A stretch of 32,567 bases of DNA, taken from Dimargaris cristalligena. Taxonomy: Eukaryota. The notes beneath the pieces were generated by a model. It did no database searches, was not told the origin of the DNA, and worked only from the letters and a program-made list of their open reading frames with translations. This document shows positions 1-12,184 of this stretch, in pieces. Where the stretch lies: contig ML002420.1 of the NCBI GenBank assembly GCA_003614675.1, positions 1 through 32,567 on the forward strand, written 5' to 3'. Both the position numbers and the translations under genes were made by a program. Numbering within the stretch: the stretch's first letter is position 1; each line of letters opens with the position of its first letter.

Positions 1-1157
1 CTGCACGGATTGTCCCAATGCCTAGCTGTTACTACCCCTGACATGTTTGCCGTACCCGGCATGTTAACGGAGGCTACGCTGAGTCTGGGCATATTTACCT
101 TGCACCAAGTGCTGCTTACCACCTCCTTTCGTAAACACCAATCTGCCCGCGTTTATCCCATAGACCGTCCCATCCAACTCCCGCGGCCACTGTACCTTGG
201 TGTAGGAAAAGACCTGCTGGTGGATGTACCGACCATTCAAAATGAATTTCTACGGGAATACTACCGGGTGACGTGGTGGACCTTCTTCCACACCGATGTA
301 CTCGCTGCTCTGCTGTTTGGCCATAAACCACTAGTGGATCTTAACGACTGTTTTGTCAATTTACCTCAGGCAGGCGAGGATTTGGAAACCCGGTTCGATG
401 CCGAGCTGTTAAGCACTCCATCGCTGGATATCCATCATGATCGAATGTACCCCACGGTTTTAAGTAACAGTCACATCAAATACAATAGACTGGTGGCCAA
501 GGTAGAAATAGCTATTCTGGGCCATCGCATCGCTCAGCTGCGATCCCGATAGGCAACTGATCCGGCGGCCTGGGTCTGGGCCTTACCAGGTCTAAGCAAC
601 GAACCGGACCGCTGGTGGAGCCGAGCCACCGGGCTAAAGACACCACTACCGCCACCACCTCATTCCAAGCGCAGGTTATGTGTATCGTTCTCGCGCTGTT
701 CCTTAACCATTTCGACGGCCACTCCCATACCACGAGCGTTTAACCTTTCCCAGACTCGGCTCTGCGGGAGGCGCTCCGGGCGACGAGGGGGGATATCGCC
801 GACCGTACGCTAGCGGAATGCCATGAGCGATGCTGGCTATACGCTGTCCGTCTCCGCGCGCTCGTCATTGAATCAGTTTTCCCGCCAGCCATTATCTTTA
901 AAACACTATTCCTGGCGGCCCTGTACCCGGCCGCCGTCACCTGTCACGAACGCGCCCACGGTATGGGCGTGCTATACCCCACCCCAGTTGAACTCGCCGA
1001 CCGCCAATTGGCGAACCGCTTTATGGACGAAATCGTACACGCCTTGGGAACGTTCGGGGATTTGTGGCAAGCTAACCTTAAAATCGTGGATGAAATTCGG
1101 CAGAAGCGCAACTCTCCCTTCACCAGGCGGGTCTTAAGTATCGGGCATCTTCTTTAA
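1..1157 (+). pseudogene. 3' portion of a fungal-specific transcription factor (Fungal_trans / middle-homology-region, Zn2Cys6-associated type), apparently disrupted
   Basis: Frame 1 is open from the window edge and encodes 'FLREYYRVTWWTFFHTDVLAALLFGHKPLVDLNDCFVNLP', matching the Fungal_trans pattern E..R..WW..f..D...s...G.P..i...d....LP. After TAG 550-552 it continues 'ATDPAAWVWALPGLSNEPDRWW'. Frame 3 from about 621 gives '...QVMCIVLALFLNHF...' then TAA 741-743, then 'AECHERCWLYAVRLRALV...LGTFGDLWQANLKIVDEI...' to TAA 1157, which resembles the helical C-terminus of these proteins. An alternative intact model has an intron 464(GTAACA)-753(CCCAG). Confidence 0.6.
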
Positions 1158-1646
1158 CGTCGGTGGCATCCCGCCGAACCAATATTTGATATAGATTACT
1201 GTAATATTTAGATTTTTAATGTTTCTACCCTCTTTATAGCCGGCTGTATCGGTCAACTAGAGTATCACACTATATTCCCTGAGGGCTTCAATGTATATAT
1301 ATATTTATATAAAAAACAGCCACTGCCTAGTAATGAATAAATCCGCCTACGGCCTTGAATATGCCTGCCCCCCATCTGTAGTCTCCAAGCAACATTTGGT
1401 AGTGCACCGATTGGTCGCGTTGTTTGTGGCCCAGCCATCAGCATAGAACTACGTACTGGCCCTGCAGGTTTTATTTTATTAACTATGGGGAGGAAAGACC
1501 GTGTCCAAGGAATATTTCCAGCATCGATTGGGTCTGGGCCAGATGAGTATGGGGCGTGGCCAAAGCCATGGGGCATTATGTGACAGATGGAGAGATTCTA
1601 TATCTATTACCTGTATAATTATTATCATTCCACGGGGGAAAGTCGC

Positions 1647-1664
1647 CACACACACACACACACA
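1647..1664. repeat. (CA)n microsatellite
   Basis: cacacacacacacacaca read directly. Confidence 0.85.
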
Positions 1665-2255
1665 TATACATGTGGGCGGATACTCAGCTATTAGTGGTGA
1701 ACCCGGCTTCCTTCTTCCTCCCCATCCGTTGCTGTGGCCCAAGAATTGCAGCGCTTATTTAATAGAACCCGCCGGTAGGGTTGTTAAACCCTCAAACACT
1801 GTCGAGTTGGCTTGGGGGCTCTTCGAAGTAATAAACCATTGGACTGTGAGGATCAAGGAAAGTGTTTACCCAAATATTAGGCCAGGGTTGTGGTGGGCTG
1901 TCCGCCGGTCAGCTGGTAAGGCACGGTGTTACTCAGTAGCAAGAATCGGCTTAACTAAACCCCTATGACCAGCCCTCACTCTACATACTTCTTCACATAG
2001 GGGCGGGGAAGGAATAGATAAGCCAGGGAAGCTCATTCCTCCGCGTGGTAAAAAGGGAAGGGGGGGCTGCTGAACTCCCCCCATTTGCCTCAACTATTCT
2101 ATACTTTTCCCAAGGGTCGAGAGAAAGGCACTCTCTACTTACAACTACTGTCAACCTCCCCAACTAACCCTCTTACACACTCTCTCTTCCTTTCCCACTC
2201 ATCTTTTACTTACTCCGTCTACATTGGGTCTTGTTTCCCCTTTTCGATTGCCGCC

Positions 2256-3920
2256 ATGAGCCGGGCCAATGTGTTGCTCAACTGCCTGGGGTTTGCCGCC
2301 CTCACCGGCTACCTAGTCCACCTCGTTAACCAGTTCGTGCCTGAACCATACATGGTAAGTTTGTCATACGCGAGGAATAGTAGTAGTGGCAAAGGGTTAG
2401 GGTAACAACAATGCCCCTACCGAATACCATTCCCCCGCCTAGTCCCAGAGACTGGCCGACCGACTGGGTTGGCCTGGTTGTATACACACCTCATGTGCAA
2501 GTCCTTCACTCTAAACGCAACCCCCCCCACTTACATACGCGCATATATACACAATATCTCCCTACTTTTCTAACCCCAGGACGAAAAGTTCCATGTTGCC
2601 CAGGCCCAAGCCTACTGCCGCGGCGACTTTGCCTACTGGGACCCGAAGTTGACCACCCCTCCGGGCCTTTATATTTTATCGAACTTCCTCCTATACCCCC
2701 TCCGGTGGCTCCCAGCGACTCTGGGCGGCGTCAACAATGCCTGGTGGTGCTCGTCCACCGCCGCGCTGCGCTACACCAACTGGTTTATTCTGGTTCTCTT
2801 ATACGGAGTGATCGTGGCCGTTCTCCGGGAACGCCATCCCGGCCAACCGTCCTCCCGACTGTTCCTGGAAGCCTGGTCGGTCACCAGTTTCCCCGTCCTC
2901 TACTTTGTATCGTTGCTGTATTACACTGATGCGGGATCGACGCTCTTCATTGTACTGGGCTATTACGGGGCACTCCGGCGCCGGCACGGGTGGGCGGCCC
3001 TGAGTTGTTTAGTATCGCTCACGTTCCGCCAAACCAACGCCGTCTGGACGGCCCTGGTGGCCGTGACCGCCCTACTCCAGGAATTCAATCAGCTGGCGGG
3101 CGTGGAACCCGCCGCCCGGAAGGAGGTGTGCCTGGTCCGGGCCAGCCAGTTGAACATTTACTACGAAGGAATCCGCCATGTGCGGTCAGTCGGGGCCGCG
3201 CTCTGGCGCCACCGCGTGAACCTGTGGGCCCCCCTGGTCCCTTATTTGCTGGTTGAAACAGCGTTCGGCGCCTTCCTGGTGGCCAACGACGGGATTGTCC
3301 TCGGGGACCGGGCCCACCACGTTGCCGGCCTGCACTTCCCCCAAATCTACTACTGCGCGGCGTTCCTATCCACCATCGCCGCCCCGCTGCTCTTCCGCCT
3401 GAACCACCCGGTGGGCTTCCTCACCTACACGGCCAAGTACCTGCGGAGCGTTCGGTTTATCCTCCTCAGTCTCCTGCTAATTATCGGCACCGCCTACTCG
3501 ATCTACCGGTTCACTTACGAGCACCCCTTTATTCTGAGCGACAATCGGCATTACTCATTCTACGTGTGGAAGAACATCTACCGGGCCCACCCAACCGTGC
3601 GCTACGCCCTGGTGCCCTGTTATTTTTTCGGATTCTGGCTGCTCTCGGGCATCCTGGCCACCCAGCAAACCCTCCTCTGGTGCCTGACTTACCTGGGGTG
3701 TACCGCCCTTACCCTGATCCCGTCCCCCCTCTTCGAATTCCGCTACTTTATCCTGCCCTTCTACTTCTTCCGGCTCGGCATTCCTCTGCCCAAACCCCAC
3801 CGGACCTGGTACGAACTGGTGTGGTATACGTTGATCAATTACGCCACCCTGTATATCTTTTGCATGCGGCCTTTTGAATGGCCCCAAGAACCCGGGGTCT
3901 GGCAACGCTTCATGTGGTAG
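2256..3920 (+). CDS. ALG10: Dol-P-Glc:Glc2Man9GlcNAc2-PP-Dol alpha-1,2-glucosyltransferase (ALG10/DIE2); exons 2256-2354 and 2580-3920, 479 aa
   Basis: The intron 2355(GTAAGT)-2579(CTAACCCCAG) joins 'VPEPYM|DEKFHVAQAQAYCRGDFAYWDPKLTTPPGLY', the ALG10 N-terminal signature. Other family motifs: 'LLYYTD', 'FRQTNAVW', 'NDGIVLGDRAHH', 'HPFILSDNRHYSFY', 'PSPLFEFRYFILP', C-terminal 'RPFEW...QRFMW'. Many hydrophobic transmembrane segments. Confidence 0.97.
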
Positions 3921-4291
3921 GCGGGGTAGTTGGAACTCCCCCTCAAACCCTACTCTCTTGGCCGATTTTTTGGGGAGGGGGAGCAGTCAGCGCCTCTATT
4001 TTTATTCCGTACTGCAATTCAATTCGGAGGTGGGCTGGGACGGCCTTAGACATAGTATACTTTTACATTTACAACCCTATTCATTGATACATGATCCCAG
4101 TTTGCTACTTTTGGCTAATGTTATATATCGTTAATAATACAGGCATTTTGTATATGGCTGGACATCAAATGTATGCTAATATAACTCTTCTCGTGGCATT
4201 CGGGAGATCCGAGTCAATGATACCACCAGTCGCCACTGGTAGAGTCCTGTTTCAGATAATGGAATGAAGTTTCCGCAAAAACGTCCCTGGC

Positions 4292-4309
4292 ATATATATA
4301 TATATATAT
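4292..4309. repeat. (AT)n microsatellite
   Basis: atatatatatatatatat read directly. Confidence 0.85.
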
Positions 4310-5007
4310 CTTCTGGGGGAGGGGGCAGGAGCAGCGGGCACCAACGATGGTGGTTAGGCCAAGGGATAATTAAATGTTAATGGAGACTGACATCGGCTCT
4401 TGTTAAGCGCCATCCTCTTATTATGGTGTAGAGAGCCCAAAGAGGATAGGTACCTTTTTCATTCGGCCAAAACAATGCAATGGAATTGAATATATTGTGC
4501 GACACAATTGAGCTGGCGGCGGTGCCTGGGTTTTCAGCCCACCACCTCAAGGACTATGCACAATGGCATCCATACTACTTCCTCCCCCCTCCCTTTGCCT
4601 CCCTCCCCCCTCATTGCCCGCACCATTCTAATATCACATCAAGGTTCACTCATTGAGGGAGGTGGGACCTTAAATTCTGGGCTGTATTAACTAATGAGCC
4701 ATCCATATGGTGCCCCTCTGTTCCTCAGTCTGCATTCCTTTCTCTTTTATATTTATGTGTTTTCTACTACACCCTCATAGTTCCCTTCAGGTCAAACCAA
4801 GCCTATTCACTACTTTCTTTTTGACCAAAACTCCATTGCTTACGTAACAGTTCTACCTGTAATGGTCTTTTGAAGGCCCTAATACCGTACACCACTACAA
4901 CCAGTCAAACCCTCGCCCCATGCTGGTCACACCGCCTATATTCTCTGTTTATTTATTTATTACACAATAGTCAACCCATTCAACCTACACTCCCTTTACT
5001 ACCCAAC

Positions 5008-6517
5008 ATGTCCAGCATAGATTCGCCCGTTCTCTTGTCCGTACGCGAACTATGCAAGAAGCGGATGCCCAATGGACTACCGTCCAGTCCCATGCCAACC
5101 CGTTCGGTTAGTTCGTCCCGATCCAGCATCCATGCCATCGTCCCACCGCCGCACAGCACAGGCGCCACTTTCCGTAAAACCAAAGTCGCGCCCACCGATT
5201 ACGGCAGTATCGTGGTAGGCAGTGATGGTAACGGTGGAGGCGAAGGAGACACCGAAGGAATCACCACCCCGCCCCCCCTCCGTACTGGGTCTATCGACCA
5301 GTGGTTGTGGCGGTGTCCTTTTGCGAAAAAACCGCCGTTACCCTAGTGGGTCGGGCGTGGCCTCGCCGGCCCCTTCCGATGAAACCGATGGGGTGGCGGG
5401 GGCCGAAGCCGATGCGGAATGCGAGGCCGATGGCGAATCGACCTCTTTACTCCACCGCGACAGCAGCCCGTCGTTGTCTTCGTCATCAGCGAACAGCAGT
5501 CGAATTTCTTTAGCTACCCCCCATGAAGCCGACCCTCCGGTCCAGGACGATTATCTCTGGTACAATGTCCAATTTGCGCTGACCCGGGGGGACACGCTCA
5601 TCATCGAAGGGCCCAGCGGAGTGGGTAAAACCACCCTCCTGCGCGCCATTGCCCAACTCACCGATTATGCGCACGGCCACCTTTTATTACATGACCGCGA
5701 GACCCCGCAGTCCCTGGGGGTCCCCCAGTGGCGGGCCCGCGTGATGTACGTCCCCCAATACCCGGCCATTTTCCCCGGCTCGCCGTTGGATTATTTTTTT
5801 AAAATTAAGGGGTTCGCCGCCCATGCGAACAAGACCGTGTGGGATGATCCCGTGGAAATCGCGAATCGCTGGGGTCTGCCAGAGGAATGCTGGTGCTCGG
5901 AATGGCGTAATTTATCGGGCGGACAGGCCCAGCGGGCCGCCCTGGCCATTGCCGTGGCATGTAAACCCGAGGTGCTGCTTTTGGACGGTAAGGCTTTGGT
6001 ATATCTAGATGTTACCTATATTTAGGAAATGGGGGAAGGAGTAGGGGTATCTACATGACAATTGCCCTTATTGGGTGGATTGATCTATTGGGACATCTGG
6101 GGATAGGAATATATAAAAATAGGGAGGAAAAGAAGAGAGGGGGAATCGGCCTAGTCCATCCCTCCGGACTATCGTATACCCATCCCATCGTACTTTCCTA
6201 TATACATATATAAATATATCCATCCGATCGGCTAATCCTAGATGTTCTCTGATCCAACGTGTCCTTCATCCCTTGTTCATTACACGCGGCGCGTGTTCCG
6301 ACTAACAGAGCCCACCAGTGCCCTAGACCCTAAATCATGCCGCCTGGTTGAGGCTACCCTACTTTCCTACACCTGCATCTGGGTGACCCATGACCCCAAC
6401 CAGGCCCGTCGAGTGGGCACCAAGATTCTGCACCTCTTCCCGGATGCCCGCAGCTCCATAGAGACCACCACCCCCAATCCTGAAGCCGCTTCGTCGTTTT
6501 CCGATTACAGCATATAG
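5008..6517 (+). CDS. Stand-alone ABC ATP-binding protein (single NBD, no TM domain), YbbL/FetA/STAR1-like; the junction between N-terminus and core is unresolved
   Basis: Walker A 'GPSGVGKTT', Q-loop 'MYVPQ', signature 'LSGGQAQR'. Walker B/D-loop 'LLLD|EPTSALD' is completed by splicing intron 5988(GTAAGG)-6308(ACTAACAG). H-loop 'WVTHD'. Stop TAG at 6517. ATG 5008 in another frame gives 'VLLSVRELCKK', the typical first beta-strand of ABC NBDs. Confidence 0.85.
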
Positions 6518-8663
6518 AACCAACCACCTAGTTTCCCTTATTTTGAAATATCTTGCGCCATGGCAAATGTCCCCCCCCCCTCTCACTTCATCCCTTCCAA
6601 TAGTGACCATTTTACTATACTTGAATCTCGGTATGTCTGTGTCGGTGAAGTGGCCTGAGGAGGACCCCATTAAGCGCCTTTCCAAATGAGAGGAAATATA
6701 CCGAGGGAGCTCAAGCTCCACCACAAGTTATTTTTTGCTTATTTGTGTGGCTGTAATTACCCCTCCTTGAATTATATTGCTAAGTTATCCTGATTTATTT
6801 TTATTAGACGACTGTTATGGCGATGGGACTTTCGTAACGTCGCTTATTGTAAGTTGAGTGAGATATTCCTGCGCCCCACTCCACCCTTTTTCTTTATCAC
6901 TACTTCCAATGGTGCTAGGGGAATGCACATTGATCATTTTTATAAGACTGTTGAAGACATTTATTTAATAATACTGATATTTATATATAGTTAATTTAAG
7001 AGACTTTTTATTTGGTTCGTCCCTTGTAGTAAAAGAGCAGCTGAAATATTATAGGACTCTCTCCCCCCCTCTCCATAAACACACGCACACCTATCCCAAC
7101 TGCGTGGGACTTGATGGAGGAATGAGATCCCGTGGAATTCGTTATTTTCTACCCCATTTCCGAAATATATTTTTGCGTATAACGTGTGAGCAATTTGTAT
7201 ACGGTTTCTGGGAAGTAGATTCGTACTAAAGAATGGCGGGTCATATTTTGGCCATTGTGAGTCTTCACAATGCTTCTTTGAACGAGTGAACTGTGTTCGT
7301 GTTTTTTTTTTTGAGGGGGTTCGCGGACGGTGACCGATCATGTAGCAAAACGGAGCTTCATTACACTGCAATGAATCTTAGGATTGACCCAAGTGTATGA
7401 ACTAACATTGTTAAATAAAATTGTGCCCCAATTTTTAGTAGTATTATTACTCTTGCTGTAGAAGAACGAATAGGTTTTGGTGTCTTGAGTAACAGACTTT
7501 TTTGTAGTGTACTATTCCTCAGAATAATATTAAAAACCCGGCGAAGTTTGAGACCGGCTAAGGTAATCTCCACCTTCCGGTTTTGACATTGAAGTCGATG
7601 GCATGGCCCGTGAACTAGGCTCGAATTTATTATTTCTTAGTGAACTCTATTCGTTTAATCGGAAGATATATCGGATGGCTTCAAAGGATGTTCTTATTAT
7701 AATAACTACCCCATTATCTTTATATATTGGGAATATTCGACTATAAAATGCGGGACTCGGGGGCTTTTGGGGTGAGACAAAAATAGGTATGCTCCGACCT
7801 GATGGAAGCCCGTTCTCGATACAGATAATTATACATTCTCTTTTAATTTCCCGCTAATCTAATAATCATCACTGTGCAGCGACCGTTGGATGCCCCAACT
7901 GTACTTCTTGGTAGGACACCGATTCGGCATCTGGAGACTTCCCTATTTGAATATTTCCAGAGTCTAGGTATTTTTCCTGAAGAGGAGGTGGGCTCAGTTA
8001 GTTTTAGCACTTAAGACCATAGAATCTCAAATTTACTTTGACATTGGCCCCTATCCCTATCTTTTTTTTTTTGGAGTTCCAGTACACTACTTTACATGCC
8101 TATCTGGGCTATATGGTGGAAATAAGATTCGCTATATAGGGAAGGAGATAATAATTTATCTAATCGCATAGTAGGAAGATGGGTGAGTAAATAAGCAGTG
8201 ATTATGCACCAAGGGGAATACAGTTGGAGGGGGGGGTTATACCAATATAAATAAAATAGAATATAAAACGATTCCGTTTTTGATTTCTAAAGTGTAATGA
8301 CGATGGATGGAGGGTGTGTTTAACATAGTTTAGGTGGTGTGTAGGAGATATAAAAATAAAAATAATAAAGTGAATTTACCAAATCAATGTACATCCGGTT
8401 AGGGTGAATGGAGGGGGGAGTATTGGATATAATAAGTATAAAAAAATGCAGGCGATATAAAAATGGTATTAAAAAGTCTAAGATTGGGGAAAAGACAACA
8501 GCAATATTAATAAATCGGGTTGAAATATTACGAAGTGAGAAGGACGAGTACACGAGTTGGTCTTATTAAGCACTAGTTACATAAATCCAAAATGAAACAA
8601 ACACAAACCGACCACATGCCGCTTTCCCAAAGTCGCCCAGGCGTGCCCACGACATAGGGGAGG

Positions 8664-8690
<27 letters not shown>
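8664..8690. repeat. (TA)n microsatellite immediately 3' of the Myb-like gene stop codon
   Basis: About 13 TA units read directly from the sequence. Confidence 0.9.
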
Positions 8691-8694
<4 letters not shown>

Positions 8695-10748
8695 GACATT
8701 TCCGAATTCGTATCCGCATCGGCACCCGCCTCAGCCTCAGCAGCAGCAGCAACAATAGCTTCATCTTTATCAAGCTCGGATTCAACCTCAATCTCGACCT
8801 TGACTCTCTTGGTTGGTGGTTCATGGTGAAGCCGTTCCACGACTTTACCCATCTGGGCGAGGAAATCCTTCTGCTGGTTTAACAGGTGTTCCTGGAAGGC
8901 GCGGTTACTCGCTTGTTGTTCCTGGATTAATTCGAACATCCGTTGGTAGTTGACCTGCATTTGCCGCTGCATGGTTTCCACGGACCCCATCAGTTGCATT
9001 TGCTTGTCATGGTGGGCGAGTAGGGTCGTGGGTGACTGGGGGGAGGTGGAGAGGGAGGCCAGGGTTTCTAAACCGCAGGTTTGCCGGTCGTTGGCGGTGG
9101 CGACTACCCCTGCTACTACTTCTTGGGAGGCCCCTGTGGAAACGGAAGCGGAAGAGGGGGAAGAAGAAGAAATAGAGCTCGCGTTGGCGGGAGTGGGAGT
9201 GCCGGTAGGAGGGGTTGGCATGGTAGTGGTAGCAAGGATGGGTACCGAAGGGGAAGCCGTCAATGAAGAGGACCGGAAGGGGTTGCTCGTCGCATGACCA
9301 CCATTGGCCGTCGAAGGTTCGGGTGTAGCTCCCCGGTAGGACGGAGCGGGACTCTCACGGGGGATGGAGCCAACCGGGGTTTGGCCACGGGAAAAACTGC
9401 CGTTACCGTTACCGTTGGGGTTAGGCTTGGCTGCTACCAGGGGTGAAATCCGGGCCTGGTACGACGCCTGCAGGGAATGTTTAGACTGGTGCTGGTGGTA
9501 GGCTTCGGTCGCAATCGCGGCCATAGCGGCCATGGGAGTAAGGTCGGGCAAGCCAGTAGCGGGTGAAGTACCCGTGTTCCAACCGGCGGTATCGTGCCGA
9601 CTGAGCATGGTTTTGGTGGTGTAGTTGGGGTGGGGACCCGAATGGCTGGAGAGGTGCTGCTGACGGGGGCGGTGGCTATGGCTATGGTTGTGCGGCTGTT
9701 GCTGATGATGGTGATGATGTTGCTGACTGTGGCTGATCGACGGGGGACCTACCGAAGAGGCTCGGGGATTGTCAAGGTGTTGGATGGGCGGGAGGGAAAA
9801 TCCCTGGCTACTACCCGAGCCGCCATTGGAGTGATGGAAAGCCGACGCGGGTTTACCGGCGCCATTGGTAGCGTGGGCCGACGCGGAAGTTTGGACCGGT
9901 AGGCTGGTGGATTTGGTGGCGAAACTGGGCTCCAACGAGTGGAAGCCGTGAGCGGAAGCGGACCCGCGGGGGGCCCGGACTGAACTCATACTCGGACTAA
10001 GGGACTGGGGACGCCGATGGGCCGAGGCGGCCGCTGCCGCCATACCCGACAATCCGTGGTTGTGGTGGTGATGGTGGGAGTTAGGTGGGTTGGTATGGTG
10101 GTGAATGGGTGAATGGTCCATATCCTCAGGGCCCGACCCAGTATGACCTTCCGCTTCGTCATCGGTGACTACCTCGGGGTCATTACCGAAAATATGGTTG
10201 AGCTCATCGAAAAAAGCGCAGGCCTTACGGGCGGCCTCCAGAGGGTCCGGCAGAGATTGGTGCAATCCATTGTGGCCATCCACGCCATAGGCTCCTCCTC
10301 CTCCTCCTCCGTTGGCCATCCGCCGCACCTCGTGTTTCCGCCGGTAGGCCTTCAACACCTGACGGGCCCGTTGGTATTCCCGAATCATGTATTCGAGCTT
10401 GTTGCGGATTTGCTTAGGCCGTTTATTGGGCAGGATTTTCTCGGACAGTTCGCGACAGCAGTTGGCCTTCAAACCGTTGGCGTAGCGCCGGCGGTTCTTA
10501 TGCGGGCGCAGCCATTTCAGCATTAACAGGACCTCTTCTTCGTCCCAGCATTTGGGGGCCACGGATACCAGGGCGCTCGAGGAGGAAGTGCCACTGATGG
10601 AAGGGGTATTGGACGACGAGGAAGAGGGGTTGGACGGAACGGGACTGAAGGAGTGTAGCCGGCCCGTGTCGGAGACGTGGCCAGCGGGTGAGCCGTCTAC
10701 CATAAACATGGGGTCGCGGGAAGGTGTGGAGAACCCAACTTGAGACAT
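8691..10748 (-). CDS. Myb/SANT-like (trihelix/MADF-type) DNA-binding protein with His/Ser/Pro-rich disordered middle and C-terminal coiled coil, 685 aa
   Basis: Long intronless ORF. 'KCWDEEEVLLMLKWL...KANCCRELSEKI..NKRPKQIRNKLEYMIREYQRA...KACAFFDELNHIFG' fits the Myb/SANT-like pattern W..eE...Ll...kQi.nK...l...Y....c.fF.el..if. Gln/Met-rich amphipathic helix 'QMQLMGSVETMQRQMQVNYQRMFELIQEQQASNRAFQEHLLNQQKDFLAQMGKVVERL' followed by NLS-like 'PPTKRVK'. Confidence 0.8.
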
Positions 10749-12153
10749 GGTTTAAAAAGGCTCTGTAGCAATCAGCAGGAGTGTGGATATGGGGCAAAGG
10801 CAAGGGACAGGCGCCGGGGGTAATAGTATTACTTGGGCGAGTATGCAAGTCCAAAGGGTCGTGGAAGAGAGGCTAGCAAATGCAGAAGTGAATACAGTTA
10901 AAGCAGCAAAGATATCAATAACAGTGAGAGAGGGAGCCCAAGCGTGGTGGCCAATAAATCGTAATTTAAATAATGAGAGTGAGCAGAGGAATGATACAAT
11001 CTATGGGAGTAGGGAAATAGATATTTAAGGACAGGTCGTTCAAGACAAGGCAAGATAATGATGCGATTTAGAATACAATTGCGGATATGGCTAAAAATGG
11101 TAAATGGAGAGAGTGAGAGTTAGAGGAAGATACGGAAAAGGGTAAAAAACAGCGGGGCGGGGAGGGGAGAGGGGATAGAGACATTGAAACAGAGAGAGTG
11201 TGAACCTTAAGCTGACCGAACTGGAGGAGGAGGGGCTCGCGGTGTATTTATAGATACGGTCGGAGTCGAAACCCCGCTGGAGTAGCAACCGACAGGCCCC
11301 TATATAAAAAAAGGGGGGCACAAAGGAGGGGGGATCCCTAGAATGAGCGATGAACACCCCATCCGCTTCCTACCGAACGATGCGGCCAATCCTTACCGAA
11401 GCAGCCCAGTGAATTATGGATTTTGGTGCTCTTTAATTTTAGTACTGGGTTCTCTTTCAAACTTTATGAGGGTGGTAGAGGGATTCCAGGTAGCTGAGGC
11501 CATGTCCCTATTTTAGGAGAAATAGTCCGCTGGACAGTAGAACGAGAGTATTCCAATATACTCCCGATTATCAGGAGTTCGCGGGTTCTTACCAATGAGC
11601 AAGCCCATCCATGGCCGGTAGATACTTCACCCCAAAAACCATTATGGTCCTTAAATAAACCGGTGAGGGGGAGGGGGGTGTGGCCATGATTTAGAGACGA
11701 ATTAGAATACGCCAAAAATAACGAGTTTAAACAAAAACATAAAATAAAAAGGGGATAATGAGCGGACATGGACAAGCAGAAAAGGTTCAGATGGAGGAAT
11801 AATTTACCGCTATGGTCACTCGGGTATTGTGAAGCAGTTGTCCGCTTGGAAAAGAGGGTGGCATATTATAGAAGAGAGGGGGGCATATGTACCCTCTTTT
11901 TCCTTGACCATCCATGGCCCTGCCGAACAGCCATCAGCATCAGAGGGGTAGGGAATACAATCCAATCATGGGGTCCATACGAATGATGGTAACCCCGCCT
12001 TAGCCAATGTCTGACTAGCTAAGGTTGATCTTAATATGAACCAGTCAATAGGCTTGAGCAATGCCTCTCTTGGCTGCTGTCCCCCGAGCAACACTCCTTC
12101 GGGGGGTCTATTGGACAGGTACCCGAGTAGCCGATCTTGCTGTGTCCTTGCCA

Positions 12154-12184
12154 AAGAAGAAGAAGAAGGAGAAGAAGAAGAAGA
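12154..12184. repeat. (GAA)n trinucleotide repeat
   Basis: aagaagaagaagaaggagaagaagaagaag read directly. Confidence 0.85.

Noticed and set aside
550-743. Stop-codon reassignment (TAA/TAG = Gln) as the explanation for in-frame stops
   Set aside because: ALG10 and the ABC gene end at TAG and the Myb-like gene at TAA at the expected C-termini, and long ORFs contain no internal TAR codons.
6991-7573. Two adjacent minus-strand ORFs
   Set aside because: AT-rich, no codon bias and no recognisable motifs in any frame.
8950-10743. Several plus-strand ORFs
   Set aside because: Antisense shadows of the GC-rich 685-aa gene.
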